Positions 29,895-40,548 of a DNA stretch of 64,000 bases are shown here, piece by piece. Origin of the DNA: Lachnospiraceae bacterium (GTDB lineage: Bacteria; Bacillota; Clostridia; Lachnospirales; Lachnospiraceae); assembly GCA_015056945.1 (NCBI GenBank), contig SVFH01000014.1, positions 171-64,170 of the forward strand. Direction: 5' to 3'. Made by a program: the position numbers and the translations under genes. A model generated the notes under the pieces. It saw nothing but the letters and a program-made list of their open reading frames with translations. It had not been told where the DNA came from and ran no database searches. The first letter of the stretch is position 1. Each line of letters opens with the position of its first letter.

Positions 29895-32039
29895 CTATTG
29901 ATTCTGATAATCCAGCAACGCCTTTGTAATCTTTTTAAGTAATTTACCGTAAGCATCTGCAAAATCTCTGTGGTTATCCCAAATATACGGCATATCCGAA
30001 CGTTTCCCTGCCTTCTCAAGTTCATAGGCCATATCTGCCACCTGGTTCGCACCGATATTGCGACATGCCCCTTTAATAGAGTGAGATAAAACCATATAAT
30101 TCTGAATGTCTTCCTGTTCAAAATACTCCTCTAATCCCGCCAAAAGATTAGACGCGGCAAAGGTTTGTAACACTCTGACGTAAACATTCCTGTTTCCTCC
30201 GCAGTTGCGCAAACCATCCTCTACATCTATGTCTTGCAAAAACTCGATAATGTCTTTCTTTGGAATTCCTTGTGAAACATGTAATCCTCCGGGAGACTTT
30301 TTCTCTTCTTTTTGGATCTTGGCCACTTCTTTTCCTTCAATTATGCGGACCTGCTTATCAATTGGAATCCATTTCTGAAGAATTTCACTCAGCTGTTTCA
30401 TATGAATCGGCTTGGAAATGTAATCATTCATTCCTGCCAGCCTGAACTGTTTTTCTACGCCTTTGATGGCATTTGCCGTCAGGGCAACAATCGGAAGTTC
30501 GGCAGCATACTCGGTATCAAGTGCACGAATTCTTTGTGTCGCTTCAACACCATCCATAAACGGCATCATATGATCCATGAAAACAATATCATATGTAACC
30601 AGATGTTCTTCTATCCTCTCTACGGCCTCTGCTCCGCTTTCCACCAACGTAGCCTCAAAACCGAAACGCTTCATCAACTCGCATGCCACCATCAGATTTA
30701 CTTTATTGTCATCCACAATCATAACTTTGGCACTCGGCGCCTTAAATGTAATCTTGAAGGTGTCATTCATTTCCTGAATTTCTTCATGATTTGTTTCATA
30801 ATTCGAAGGACGAGAGTCCTTTACTCTCTGCGGCAAACGGAACGAAAAGGTACTACCTTCCTTCTCCTTGCTTCGTACCCAGATATCGCCTCCCATTAAA
30901 TTCAAAAGACTTTTGGAAATAGCAAGTCCAAGACCGGTACCTTCCACATTACGGTTCTTTCTCGTATCAATCTGACCAAAAGCACGGAAGAGTTTTTTCA
31001 TATTCTCTTCAGAAATACCAATACCCGTATCTTCTACCGCAACTTCAAGCACACCACTGTCTTCATCATTCTTCACCCAATGAATATGCAGGGTAATATA
31101 TCCTCTGTTCGTGAAATTCACCGCATTATTTAACAGGTTAATCAATACCTGTCTGATTCTTAACTCATCACCAATCATAGCTCTCGGTACTTTCGGATCA
31201 ATATCAACCTTAAGCTTAACTGTTTTACTTTTCATCCTAAACTCAATGATACTTAATACATCATGAATCAGAGAGTTGAAATCATACTCTTCTTCAATGA
31301 TTTCCATATTTCCGGAATCAATCTTCGAGAAATCCAGAATCTCATTGATAATAGATAAAAGACTGTCCGCCGAGCGCTGTATGGTCGCAACATACTCATT
31401 CTCTTCCTTGGAAAATTCGCGTTCGGAAAGAAGTTGTGCCATACCGCTGATTGCATTCATCGGTGTACGGATTTCATGAGACATATTTGCAAGGAAATTC
31501 GCCTTAGCCTCAACAGCATGTCTTGCTTCCTCATTCTTCTCTTCCATCTTCGCTTTGTATGAATTTACACCTGTAACAAGGAACAAGAGTGTAATCATTC
31601 CGAAGCAGTAGATCAAAAGATAAATCAAATAAATACCGACATGGAAAAACACTTCAATTTCTTTCGTCTGAAAAATAAGAACCAGAACCAAAATCACGTG
31701 TGATACAATGATATACTCTACCAAAAGCCTCGTTTTGGCATACAACGCAATAATCATACCTTCGGCAAGATAGATAATAATCAGAATCCCCAGCAGCTTA
31801 AGCTGTCCCGTAACTATATACGTCGTAATTGTCATTGTAATGTAAAAACACCTTACAATCCAATCCTCGCTTTTGATGGTTCTAAACAACAACAAGGTTA
31901 GTAGTACCGGTAAAAAACCGATTGACATTAACAATGCCTTCTCCGGTCCGTACATATTAAATGCATAAATAACATGCAATAAAATAATACTGAAAAACTC
32001 AATGATACTTAACCAGACACTTGTAGAAAACGGTAACAA
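29895..32039 (-). CDS. Membrane hybrid histidine kinase (HisKA-HATPase-REC-Hpt)
   Basis: Several TMs, FLANMSHEIRTPMN, DTGIGI, GTGLGLAI, VDDN..FMDHMMP, HSIKGA. Confidence 0.92.
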   Translation of the reverse strand: MLPFSTSVWLSIIEFFSIILLHVIYAFNMYGPEKALLMSIGFLPVLLTLLLFRTIKSEDWIVRCFYITMTITTYIVTGQLKLLGILIIIYLAEGMIIALYAKTRLLVEYIIVSHVILVLVLIFQTKEIEVFFHVGIYLIYLLIYCFGMITLLFLVTGVNSYKAKMEEKNEEARHAVEAKANFLANMSHEIRTPMNAISGMAQLLSEREFSKEENEYVATIQRSADSLLSIINEILDFSKIDSGNMEIIEEEYDFNSLIHDVLSIIEFRMKSKTVKLKVDIDPKVPRAMIGDELRIRQVLINLLNNAVNFTNRGYITLHIHWVKNDEDSGVLEVAVEDTGIGISEENMKKLFRAFGQIDTRKNRNVEGTGLGLAISKSLLNLMGGDIWVRSKEKEGSTFSFRLPQRVKDSRPSNYETNHEEIQEMNDTFKITFKAPSAKVMIVDDNKVNLMVACELMKRFGFEATLVESGAEAVERIEEHLVTYDIVFMDHMMPFMDGVEATQRIRALDTEYAAELPIVALTANAIKGVEKQFRLAGMNDYISKPIHMKQLSEILQKWIPIDKQVRIIEGKEVAKIQKEEKKSPGGLHVSQGIPKKDIIEFLQDIDVEDGLRNCGGNRNVYVRVLQTFAASNLLAGLEEYFEQEDIQNYMVLSHSIKGACRNIGANQVADMAYELEKAGKRSDMPYIWDNHRDFADAYGKLLKKITKALLDYQNQ

Positions 32040-32109
32040 GTAATCCCCCTCCTTTTATCCTGCGTGAGGCGTTTTCCGCAGAAAACACCCCACGTTATTT
32101 ACTTTTGAT

Positions 32110-33264
32110 TTATCTTCGTGTGAAACGTCTCAATTCCGTAATCAGCTCTTTGAGACACGTAACGGTATAAACCAGTTCTTCTTCTGTCGTGAACACACTG
32201 AAACTGAAACGTATTGTAGATGACAAATGCTCTTTCGGCAGACCGATTGCCTTGAGTGTTTCACTTACTGCCGGCTTGTGAGATGCGCAGGCACTTCCCG
32301 CCGAAACGTAGATTCCTTTTTCTTCCAAGGCGTGAAGCAGAACTTCGCTACGCACCCCCGGAACGGAAAGACTTACGATATGCGGAGCACAAAAACCTTC
32401 TTTTCCGCCGTTTACAAACACATTATCTATTTGCAACAATTCTTTCACAAACATCTCTCTTAACGCATGCATTCTTTTCACATCGTTCTCGATATCATGA
32501 AAAACAATGTCAGCTGCTTTGGCGATTCCTACAATGCCGGAAGCATTCTCCGTACCGGAACGCACACCCTTTTGCTGTCCGCCTCCGTAAATAATCGGTT
32601 TCAGCCTTACTTTCTCGTTCACGTACAAAAAGCCGATTCCCTTCGGTCCGTGAATCTTGTGCCCGCTGACCGAAAGCAGGTCGATTTTATATCGGCGCGG
32701 ATAAATCGGAATTTTACCATAGCCCTGTACTGCGTCCACGTGAAAGAGTGTATTCGGATTACGCTTTTTAATCTTCTCTCCTAACACTTCAATCGGCTGA
32801 ATAGTTCCGATTTCGTTATTTACTGCCATCACGGAAACAAGAATCGTGTCCGGTCTGATGGCAGAAAGTAAGGATTCCGTGCAGACACGCCCCATCGAAT
32901 CCACAGGAACATACGTTACTTCAAAGCCCTGTGACTGCAGATATTTCATACTCTGAAGCACTGCAGGATGTTCAATCTGCGTCGTGATAATATGACGTCC
33001 CCGGCGCTGATATGCGTATGCCGCTCCTATGATTGCAAGATTATCGCTTTCCGTACCTCCGGAGGTATAGATAATCTCTTTCGGCATAACCTTTAAGGTG
33101 GCAGCAATTGTTTCGCCGGCCCTTGCCACTTCACGCTCCGCATCAGAGCCTTTTCTATGCATACTGGACGGATTCCCGTACTCAGTCTGCATCATATATG
33201 AAACCGCTTCCACCACTTCGTCAAAGCACTTGGTTGTTGCGGAATTATCCAAATAAATATCCAT
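32110..33264 (-). CDS. Cysteine desulfurase (NifS/IscS family)
   Basis: IYLDNSATT, GNPSSMH, TSGGTESDN, HVDAVQ, SGHKIHGPKG, SAGSAC. Confidence 0.93.
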   Translation of the reverse strand: MDIYLDNSATTKCFDEVVEAVSYMMQTEYGNPSSMHRKGSDAEREVARAGETIAATLKVMPKEIIYTSGGTESDNLAIIGAAYAYQRRGRHIITTQIEHPAVLQSMKYLQSQGFEVTYVPVDSMGRVCTESLLSAIRPDTILVSVMAVNNEIGTIQPIEVLGEKIKKRNPNTLFHVDAVQGYGKIPIYPRRYKIDLLSVSGHKIHGPKGIGFLYVNEKVRLKPIIYGGGQQKGVRSGTENASGIVGIAKAADIVFHDIENDVKRMHALREMFVKELLQIDNVFVNGGKEGFCAPHIVSLSVPGVRSEVLLHALEEKGIYVSAGSACASHKPAVSETLKAIGLPKEHLSSTIRFSFSVFTTEEELVYTVTCLKELITELRRFTRR

Positions 33265-33326
33265 TGTTAACCTCAATCTTCTTTTTACTTTCATTATATG
33301 GAATGCGTGCGATTTACGTCACCCTT

Positions 33327-34073
33327 TTACTCCATCACTTCCAAACGATACTGGAGCCATGCAAGCACCGTAAATCCGGCTGTTTCCGTCCGCAGGATCC
33401 TTTTGCCCAGTGAAATCGGTGTGACGCCGGCCTCTGTGGCCGCCTGAATCTCACTTTCATCAAAACCGCCCTCCGGTCCGATAAATACCGCAATTTCCAT
33501 GCCCGGTTTGCAGGAATCAAAAAAAGTTCTTGCGCTTTCCATTCCTTCCGCAAGTTCATACGGAATAATTTTACCATCCATCTTTGATGCTTTGGCAAGT
33601 GCCTCCTTCATGCTCATCATGGGAGAAACAACAGGTATAATACCGCGTTTACTCTGTTTGGCGGCAGCCTCACTGATTCCCTGCCAGCGTGAAATCTTGG
33701 ACGCTTCCTTCTTCGCATCAAGCTTCACCACGCAACGTTTCATCGCAACGGGAACAATCTCCGTCACGCCGAGCTCTACTGCCTTCTGGATAATCAGTTC
33801 CATTTTATCTGCCTTCGGCAGCCCCTGAAAAAGCGTTACCTTCACAGGAAGTTCCACGTCATTTTCCCTGATAAAAACAAGACTGCATACAATGCGTTCT
33901 TCTTCAAAAGCTTCAATTCTGCAACGGTATTCTTTTTCATCCATGCCGTTACCGACCGCAAGCTCTTCTCCGATTCGCATACGAAGCACATTTTTGATAT
34001 GATTTACATCTTTTCCTTCAATAAAAATCTGTTTGCCCTGAATCTGTCCGGGCTCCACAAAAAAATGATACAT
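33327..34073 (-). CDS. rsmE: 16S rRNA m3U1498 methyltransferase RsmE
   Basis: HIKNVLRM, QKAVELGV, AAKQS, IGPEGGF, LGKRILRTETA. Confidence 0.95.
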   Translation of the reverse strand: MYHFFVEPGQIQGKQIFIEGKDVNHIKNVLRMRIGEELAVGNGMDEKEYRCRIEAFEEERIVCSLVFIRENDVELPVKVTLFQGLPKADKMELIIQKAVELGVTEIVPVAMKRCVVKLDAKKEASKISRWQGISEAAAKQSKRGIIPVVSPMMSMKEALAKASKMDGKIIPYELAEGMESARTFFDSCKPGMEIAVFIGPEGGFDESEIQAATEAGVTPISLGKRILRTETAGFTVLAWLQYRLEVME

Positions 34074-34078
34074 TTCTT

Positions 34079-35041
34079 TTACTCCGGTTTCTTGGCTGTA
34101 ACGCTGACCCATTCTCCCTGTCTTGTTACTTCCACAAGTTCAAGTCCTGCTTTCTTCACTACATCTACGACAAAATCTTCCTTCTCTGCAATAATACCGG
34201 ACGTAATGTACACAGCACCCGGCTTCATCTGAGCCGTAATCACAGGAGTAAGAATTTCCAGCACGTTATGAAGAATATTTGCCACTACGATATCATAGCA
34301 CTCATATCCGGCCCAGTCCTGCACTTCTTTCTCACTGATGATATTACCGATGATAACTTCGAAATCTTTCGGATCAATGCCGTTTGCTTCCATATTCTCA
34401 AGGGTTGCATCCAGTGCGCAAGGGTCAAGGTCTGTTCCCTTGGCATGCTTTGCACCGTACATAAGCGCTAAGATTGCAAGGATACCGCTACCGCAGCCCA
34501 CATCGAGAATCTGTGTCTCGGGAGTCACATACTTCTTAATCTGACGGATGCAAAGCTGTGTGGTTTCATGCATACCGGTTCCGAATGCCGTTCCCGGATC
34601 AATATGCAGAATCATTTTATCCTTATCCTCTTCTTTGACTTCTTCCCAGGACGGAATAACAAGAAGCTCATCAATGTAAAACTGGTGGAAATACTTTTTC
34701 CAATTGTTAATCCAATCCAAATCTTCTGTTTCGGACAGGGTAATGCTACCTTCTCCGATATCCATAAACATTCTGAGTTCTTCCAGCTCTTCTTTTACCT
34801 GCTCCACAAGTGCATCCATATCAAGATTCTCATCCTGCTCCACAAAGAAATTCAGATAAGCCACGCCGTCATCTTCCTCTGTCTGCGGCAGGATGTCTAC
34901 AAACATCTGCTCCTTCTCAAGCGGTGTCAAAGGAATTTTATCTTCAATCTGCGCACCCTCCAGACCGATATCCGCAAGAGTGCAGATAATGATATCTTCA
35001 GCCTCCGTAATTGTTTTCACTGATATTTTATTCCATTTCAT
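34079..35041 (-). CDS. prmA: Ribosomal protein L11 methyltransferase
   Basis: W..NWKKYF, IDPGTAFGTGMHETT, LDVGCGSGIL, VANIL, SGII. Confidence 0.95.
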   Translation of the reverse strand: MKWNKISVKTITEAEDIIICTLADIGLEGAQIEDKIPLTPLEKEQMFVDILPQTEEDDGVAYLNFFVEQDENLDMDALVEQVKEELEELRMFMDIGEGSITLSETEDLDWINNWKKYFHQFYIDELLVIPSWEEVKEEDKDKMILHIDPGTAFGTGMHETTQLCIRQIKKYVTPETQILDVGCGSGILAILALMYGAKHAKGTDLDPCALDATLENMEANGIDPKDFEVIIGNIISEKEVQDWAGYECYDIVVANILHNVLEILTPVITAQMKPGAVYITSGIIAEKEDFVVDVVKKAGLELVEVTRQGEWVSVTAKKPE

Positions 35042-35082
35042 TGCATTTCCTCCTGCTTTTTTCTTTGTTATCCTAACGTATT

Positions 35083-35286
35083 CTACACTGCCAGTTCCAT
35101 GGCGACATGCACGATTCCCGTATCTTCATCCTTTATGAAACAATGAAGGCTTCCGTAATCAATATCTTCCATATACTGATAATTAATATTTTGCTCCATG
35201 ATGAAAATCTCTGCACGAGCCTTCAAAATTTCATATAGTTCTGTAGTTGCCAATTCATCAAATTTTTTCGCCGTTATATTCATCAT
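35083..35286 (-). pseudogene. ElaA-family GNAT acetyltransferase remnant (internal deletion)
   Basis: ElaA-like N-terminus FDEL...ELYEILKARAEIFIMEQ joined directly to C-terminal GIVHVAMEL; only 67 aa. Confidence 0.65.
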
Positions 35287-35305
35287 AAATCCTCATTCCG
35301 CCTTT

Positions 35306-35839
35306 TTACTCCCGATCTGCCAAATCCTGCTGCAACGCATCCAGGTAAGGCACCAGCACGCCACTGTGCTTCGGCAGGATGTAGGCCGGATTCAATTCCT
35401 CATGACGGAAGCTCTTACGCCCCCCGTTTTGAGCCCGCTCCCAAAAGAGTTTGAGATACTCAAACGGCAGGTAATAAAGTTCATCGATTGCAGTATAATA
35501 AATCAGAAAAAAAGCAATGCCTCCCTGCTTCTCGAAATCCGCCATAAACTCCACCTGATGCGCATGAATATTCTGCAAAGCAAATGTTAAACTCGCGCTT
35601 TCCTTTGCATCGAAACAAACCGGAATCCCCTGCACTGCACCGATGTAATCGACGGTACTTTTCTGGTCAAAATACGCAAGCGTAATATGTCTGCTTTCCT
35701 GATCTATCTTAACGGGCGTAATGGGTGTTGGCACCTTCTGAATCAATGCAAGTCCGGCTTCTCTGTATCTCTCATTTGTTCTGTTAATCATATCCTCAAG
35801 CGTCGAACCGCGAAGTCCGCGCGATGACCACGTTGCCAT
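35306..35839 (-). CDS. recU: Holliday junction resolvase RecU
   Basis: RGSTLE, QKVPTPI, KSTVDY, FDAKE, NIHAHQ. Confidence 0.93.
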   Translation of the reverse strand: MATWSSRGLRGSTLEDMINRTNERYREAGLALIQKVPTPITPVKIDQESRHITLAYFDQKSTVDYIGAVQGIPVCFDAKESASLTFALQNIHAHQVEFMADFEKQGGIAFFLIYYTAIDELYYLPFEYLKLFWERAQNGGRKSFRHEELNPAYILPKHSGVLVPYLDALQQDLADRE

Positions 35840-35841
35840 AA

Positions 35842-36393
35842 TTACTCCTCTTCCGGTATCGGCAAATCAACCACAGTAACCTCATGGCCCGTTGCCGGCA
35901 AAAATTTATCCAGCAAATCCTTTGTTTGAATCTTTAAGCTGGAAGTATTCACGCAAGGATGACACCCAACATATTCACTCTCAAGCACCGGCTTATCAAT
36001 CAGAAGACGCACTCTTTTGCCTGTATCATTCATCAGTCCCATAATGGAAACCGCACCCGGCTTAATATCAAGAAATTCTTCCATAAATTCCGGTTTTCCG
36101 AAAGAAAGACGGGCAGAGTTAATCTGCTTTGACAAGTCCTTTGTTTTAAAAGGCTTGTCCCCGGGCATCATAAGAAGATAAAACTCCGTCTCCTGACGGT
36201 TGCACAGAAAAAGATTTTTGCACATCGGCACACCGAGGACTTCATCAATTGCATTACATGCTTCCATTGTATTTGCTTCCTCATGATCTGTTCGCAAATA
36301 CTCTATTCCAAGACTGTCCAACATATCATAAACTCTGATTTCACGTTCTAATCTACCCTGAACATCCTGCGGTCTTATGCTCATCAACTTCAT
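35842..36393 (-). CDS. Prolyl-tRNA editing protein (PrdX/ProX, YbaK superfamily)
   Basis: CKNLFL, RLSF, PGAVSIMGLMND, CHPCVNTSS. Confidence 0.88.
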   Translation of the reverse strand: MKLMSIRPQDVQGRLEREIRVYDMLDSLGIEYLRTDHEEANTMEACNAIDEVLGVPMCKNLFLCNRQETEFYLLMMPGDKPFKTKDLSKQINSARLSFGKPEFMEEFLDIKPGAVSIMGLMNDTGKRVRLLIDKPVLESEYVGCHPCVNTSSLKIQTKDLLDKFLPATGHEVTVVDLPIPEEE

Positions 36394-36550
36394 TACTGCT
36401 CTCCTCTCATTCTATCCGTAAATTTTATTATATCACTCCGTTAGATATACTGCAATCAACATCTCTTTTTTGAGATAAACGTAGAAAATCTCCTATATTT
36501 TTGTTATACTGTTAAAGAATGAATTCTATGAAAGGATTTTTGCGGATTTC

Positions 36551-37912
36551 ATGAAAAGATTTTTAGAGAATAAACTATCTTCTATTCATATCATTTTATT
36601 AAGCTTTTTGGTTGCAATTTTGATGGGAAGTCTGCTCCTTGCGCTTCCCATCAGTTCGGCAACAGGCAAGCCCGTTCCATACATCGATGCGCTGTTCACG
36701 GCAACTACCGCGACATGTGTTACCGGCCTGGTCACCTTACCAACCGTTTCTGCCTGGAGCACGTTCGGACAAATTGTTATCTTAATTCTGATTCAAATCG
36801 GCGGTCTTGGAATTGTCACCATATTGAGTGGCTTAATGATTTACTTTCACCAAAAAATATCCCTGCGCGGACGCATGCTATTACAAGATGCTTTTAATCT
36901 GAACTCCCTTTCCGGTCTGATTCGTTTTACCAAAAAAGTAATTTTAGGGACTTTTCTTATCGAAGGAATCGGTGCCATACTGTATATGTTTGTTTTTGTT
37001 CCGGAATTCGGTCCTCGCGGAATCTGGATTTCCGTCTTTACCTCTATTTCAGCATTTTGCAATGCAGGCATCGACATCATCGGCGAAACCAGCTTATGTA
37101 ATTACACTTACAACCCCCTCATTAATTTCGTCACCTCTGCCCTCATCGTTTTGGGCGGAATCGGTTTTATCGTCTGGTGGGACCTTATCCGTATCCTGCC
37201 ACAATTCCGCAAACAGGGCATCAAAGCCATACGTAGTCTGACATTGCACAGTAAAATAGCCTTAAGTTCTACCATTGCACTAATTTTTATCGGTGGTATT
37301 GTTTTTTTTCTTCTGGAAGCCAACAACCCTCTAACCTTACAGGGGCAACCTATGCTGAAGCAATTACAAGCCGCTTTCTTTCAATCCGTCACCACACGTA
37401 CGGCGGGTTTTGCCACGCTTCCGCAAGAAAGTCTTTCCAACGCATCCGCCATTTTTGCTCTTTTATTGATGTTCATCGGCGGTTCTCCCGTCGGGACAGC
37501 AGGTGGTATCAAAACCGTCACACTGGTTATTATTGTTGCCAGCACCCTTGCGTTGGTACGAAACAAAAACGAAGTTGTTTTGTTTCACCGTAATATTTCC
37601 CGCTACACTTTAAGCAAGGCTGTAGCAGTAGCCACCATATCTTTTCTGACTTTATTTATTTCGACTATTTTGCTCGCAAGTGTTACCAACGCGGATACAA
37701 TCGACATCCTGTATGAAACCGTCAGTGCAACAGCAACTGTAGGTCTTTCAAGAAATCTAACTTCACAGTTAAATATCTGGGGCAAAATAATTATTATATT
37801 TACTATGTATTTTGGCAGGGTTGGGCCGATTTCACTCGCAGTCGCTTTTAATACCAGAAAAGAAAGTCCAAACCTGATTAAAAATCCAACTGAAGAAATC
37901 AGCGTCGGCTAA
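36551..37912 (+). CDS. Trk/Ktr potassium uptake membrane subunit (KtrB/TrkH)
   Basis: ATCVTGL, SAFCNAG, TTRTAGF, FIGGSPVGTAGGIK, ATVGLS, GRVGP. Confidence 0.93.
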   Translation: MKRFLENKLSSIHIILLSFLVAILMGSLLLALPISSATGKPVPYIDALFTATTATCVTGLVTLPTVSAWSTFGQIVILILIQIGGLGIVTILSGLMIYFHQKISLRGRMLLQDAFNLNSLSGLIRFTKKVILGTFLIEGIGAILYMFVFVPEFGPRGIWISVFTSISAFCNAGIDIIGETSLCNYTYNPLINFVTSALIVLGGIGFIVWWDLIRILPQFRKQGIKAIRSLTLHSKIALSSTIALIFIGGIVFFLLEANNPLTLQGQPMLKQLQAAFFQSVTTRTAGFATLPQESLSNASAIFALLLMFIGGSPVGTAGGIKTVTLVIIVASTLALVRNKNEVVLFHRNISRYTLSKAVAVATISFLTLFISTILLASVTNADTIDILYETVSATATVGLSRNLTSQLNIWGKIIIIFTMYFGRVGPISLAVAFNTRKESPNLIKNPTEEISVG

Positions 37913-37934
37913 ATGCCGAAGAAAGGAATTTTTC

Positions 37935-38588
37935 ATGAAAACAAATAAAACTTATGCAGTTTTCGGCCTTGGAAAATACGGCTCTGCAGTTGCAAAAGAA
38001 CTGGCAGCAAACGGAGTTGATGTTATTGCCGTAGATGACAATGAATCTATTGTAAACGATCTCGCCACAGATTTACCGATTTGTAAATGTGCAGACATTA
38101 CCGACCCTGAAGTACTTAAACAACTCGGCATTGCCAATGTAGACGTTGTTATCATTGCCATGGCAACAAATCTGGAAGCCAGTCTGATGGCCATTGTTCA
38201 CTGTAAAGAACTCGGTATCCCGACTATTATTGCTAAGAGCGGAAATGAAACACATAAAAAAATAATGGAGAAAGTCGGCGCAACACAAGTAGTTCTCCCC
38301 GAAAGCGAATCCGGTTTTAGACTTGCCAAAAACATATTGTCTTCCGGATTTATTGATGTGATTGAACTCGCCAAAAATGTTTCAATGTTAGATATCCCCA
38401 TCCAACCGGAATGGATTGGCAAAACCATTTTGGATTTGGATTTACGCAAAAAATATTCAATCAATATTGTTGCAATATGTGAGAACGACAGTGTGAATAT
38501 CAACATTAATCCTCAAACTGTTCTAACTTCATCTATGCATTTGATTGTTATTGCCAATCCTGAGAAATTAGAAAAATTGCAGTCATAG
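37935..38588 (+). CDS. Trk/Ktr NAD-binding regulatory subunit (KtrA/TrkA)
   Basis: VFGLGKYG RCK_N, VVLPE, RCK_C (WIGKT..DLDLRKKY). Confidence 0.92.
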   Translation: MKTNKTYAVFGLGKYGSAVAKELAANGVDVIAVDDNESIVNDLATDLPICKCADITDPEVLKQLGIANVDVVIIAMATNLEASLMAIVHCKELGIPTIIAKSGNETHKKIMEKVGATQVVLPESESGFRLAKNILSSGFIDVIELAKNVSMLDIPIQPEWIGKTILDLDLRKKYSINIVAICENDSVNININPQTVLTSSMHLIVIANPEKLEKLQS

Positions 38589-38687
38589 CGCATGCCTTCA
38601 TCCCTATGACTCTTCTCCTCTTGATAATACTCTTTGTAGAAAAACACCTCAGGCTCTGTATTCCCATAAAAAAAACATAATATGCAA

Positions 38688-38720
38688 GGGCTGTCGCATT
38701 TTACAAATGCAACAGCCCTC
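38688..38720. terminator. Hairpin between convergent ktrA-like and rubrerythrin genes
   Basis: AGGGCTGTCGCATTT-TAC-AAATGCAACAGCCCT. Confidence 0.65.
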
Positions 38721-38729
38721 TCTACCATG

Positions 38730-39281
38730 TTAATAATTTGCTTTCTTCACTTCAAAATAGCTCTGCGGATGTTTACATACAGGACAAACTTCCGGTGCCT
38801 TTACGGCTGTTACGACATGACCGCAGTTACGGCATTCCCACATTACGATGCCTGCCTTCTCGAATACCTGCTTACTCTCTACGTTTTTAAGAAGTGCACG
38901 GTATCTTTCTTCGTGCATTCTCTCAATTGCTGCTACACCACGAAACTGTGCGGCAAGTTCTACAAAACCTTCTTCTTCCGCTTCTGCTGCCATTCTGTCG
39001 TACATATCGGTCCATTCGAAGTTCTCACCTTCTGCAGCATGCAAAAGATTCTCTTCGGTTGTTCCAAGTTCTCCAAGTGCCTTGAACCATAACTTTGCAT
39101 GTTCCTTTTCATTCTCTGCGGTTTCAAGGAACAGCGCCGCAATCTGCTCATAACCTGCCTTCTTGGCTACGGATGCAAAGTACGTATACTTATTACGTGC
39201 CTGTGATTCTCCTGCAAAAGCTTCCCAGAGATTCTTCTCCGTTTTGGTTCCTGCATAAGGATTTTTTTTGTTTTCTGCCAT
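38730..39281 (-). CDS. rbr: Rubrerythrin
   Basis: [37 protein letters not shown]. Confidence 0.93.
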   Translation of the reverse strand: MAENKKNPYAGTKTEKNLWEAFAGESQARNKYTYFASVAKKAGYEQIAALFLETAENEKEHAKLWFKALGELGTTEENLLHAAEGENFEWTDMYDRMAAEAEEEGFVELAAQFRGVAAIERMHEERYRALLKNVESKQVFEKAGIVMWECRNCGHVVTAVKAPEVCPVCKHPQSYFEVKKANY

Positions 39282-39420
39282 ATTCTTTTTCCTCCTAAAA
39301 ATTTTTTTCTCCGATGCACACATTTTTGACTTATCATTTATCCGATATTGTCGGGTGTATTTTATTTCCCACCGGAACACACCCGACAATATTCATTTTC
39401 TGCAATCACAAATGTGCTCA

Positions 39421-39981
39421 TCAGGAGTTCGTTTTTAATTTCATGCCATCCGAAAAAGCGGTGCCGACCGTTTCTCCAAATGTAACATATGCGTGAGTAA
39501 TCGGATTGTATGCAATGGGGTTTAACTTTGCCATGTCAATTTTTCCGTCTGTCAAAACACTTTCATCCACACTGACATTGACAATCTCGCCCACAAGGAT
39601 TTCATCTTCGTAACTTTTCACGACACATTCAAGCGAAAGCGGAAGTTCTGCAATTAAGGGTGCATTCACAAACCCGCTTTTTACCGCATGAAATCCGGCT
39701 CTGACAAATTTATCAGGTACATTGTCAGCAGATTCAACGCCCACATAATCACAGGCTACTACCGTGTCTGCGGTCGCCATACTTACCGTAAAAGCCTTTG
39801 TAACCTCCAAATTTGCAGTTGTTTTATGAGGGGACATACTGATGGTAACCTCATTCATATCGCTAATCATCCCCCAGGCCGCATTCATTGCATTTGGAAT
39901 CCCGTTTTCATCGTAAGTTCCGATAATCAATACCGGCATCGGAACAATCCAGGGTTTTGCCCCATAATTTATTCTGCCCAT
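39421..39981 (-). CDS. Flavin reductase family protein (flavoredoxin-like)
   Basis: PMPVLIIGTYD, PNAMNAAWG, HKT, DYVG..S, APLI.E.P.SLEC. Confidence 0.85.
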   Translation of the reverse strand: MGRINYGAKPWIVPMPVLIIGTYDENGIPNAMNAAWGMISDMNEVTISMSPHKTTANLEVTKAFTVSMATADTVVACDYVGVESADNVPDKFVRAGFHAVKSGFVNAPLIAELPLSLECVVKSYEDEILVGEIVNVSVDESVLTDGKIDMAKLNPIAYNPITHAYVTFGETVGTAFSDGMKLKTNS

Positions 39982-39985
39982 TTCT

Positions 39986-40546
39986 CTACCTCGTAATCTG
40001 ATGTGAAATAGCTGTTTTCATACTGCCAAGAACATCCTTTTGCATCTCATTCAAGGATTTATATCCGATTACATAGCCTCCGTCCTGCGCCGTCGCGGAA
40101 ACCTCCACCCTCTGACCTATATGGATTGGTTCATCAGATGTCATCGTCCCGTCAGCAGTAATTATCGTATTCCTGTAATACACTACCGTATAACGCTCTG
40201 TCATCACCCCTGACGGAGAAGTAAAAGAAGCTTTGTAAGTATCATAAACTTCCGCTACCGCACCATCCTCACATGCCAGATATAGTGCAACCGGCTCAAG
40301 TCCTGTCAGCTGTGCCGTAATACCTTTACCGTACGCCTCTGTTAAAAAAGCCTCTGTTTCCGCATGAATTCCTAAAACAGTTTCTTCGTCAAGCAATGCT
40401 CTTCCGTCCGGCAATGTCTTGTCTTCTTCCTGAAGAATTTCTTCTAATGATTCCTCTACCGAAGCACGTTCTTCCTCCGCCTGCACGCAGGCAGAAAAAA
40501 CAAACAACATAAATACCGTTGCCACGCATACCACTTTACGTAACAT
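39986..40546 (-). CDS. Hypothetical lipoprotein
   Basis: Hydrophobic signal ending in FSA|C; located within a same-strand gene run. Confidence 0.65.
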   Translation of the reverse strand: MLRKVVCVATVFMLFVFSACVQAEEERASVEESLEEILQEEDKTLPDGRALLDEETVLGIHAETEAFLTEAYGKGITAQLTGLEPVALYLACEDGAVAEVYDTYKASFTSPSGVMTERYTVVYYRNTIITADGTMTSDEPIHIGQRVEVSATAQDGGYVIGYKSLNEMQKDVLGSMKTAISHQITR

Positions 40547-40548
40547 TC

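Noticed and set aside
36394-36550. c-di-AMP riboswitch upstream of the ktr genes
   Set aside because: Short AT-rich divergent promoter region without the consensus motifs
39325-39345. Fur/PerR box upstream of rubrerythrin
   Set aside because: GATAAATGATAAGTC is only a partial match; too weak to call
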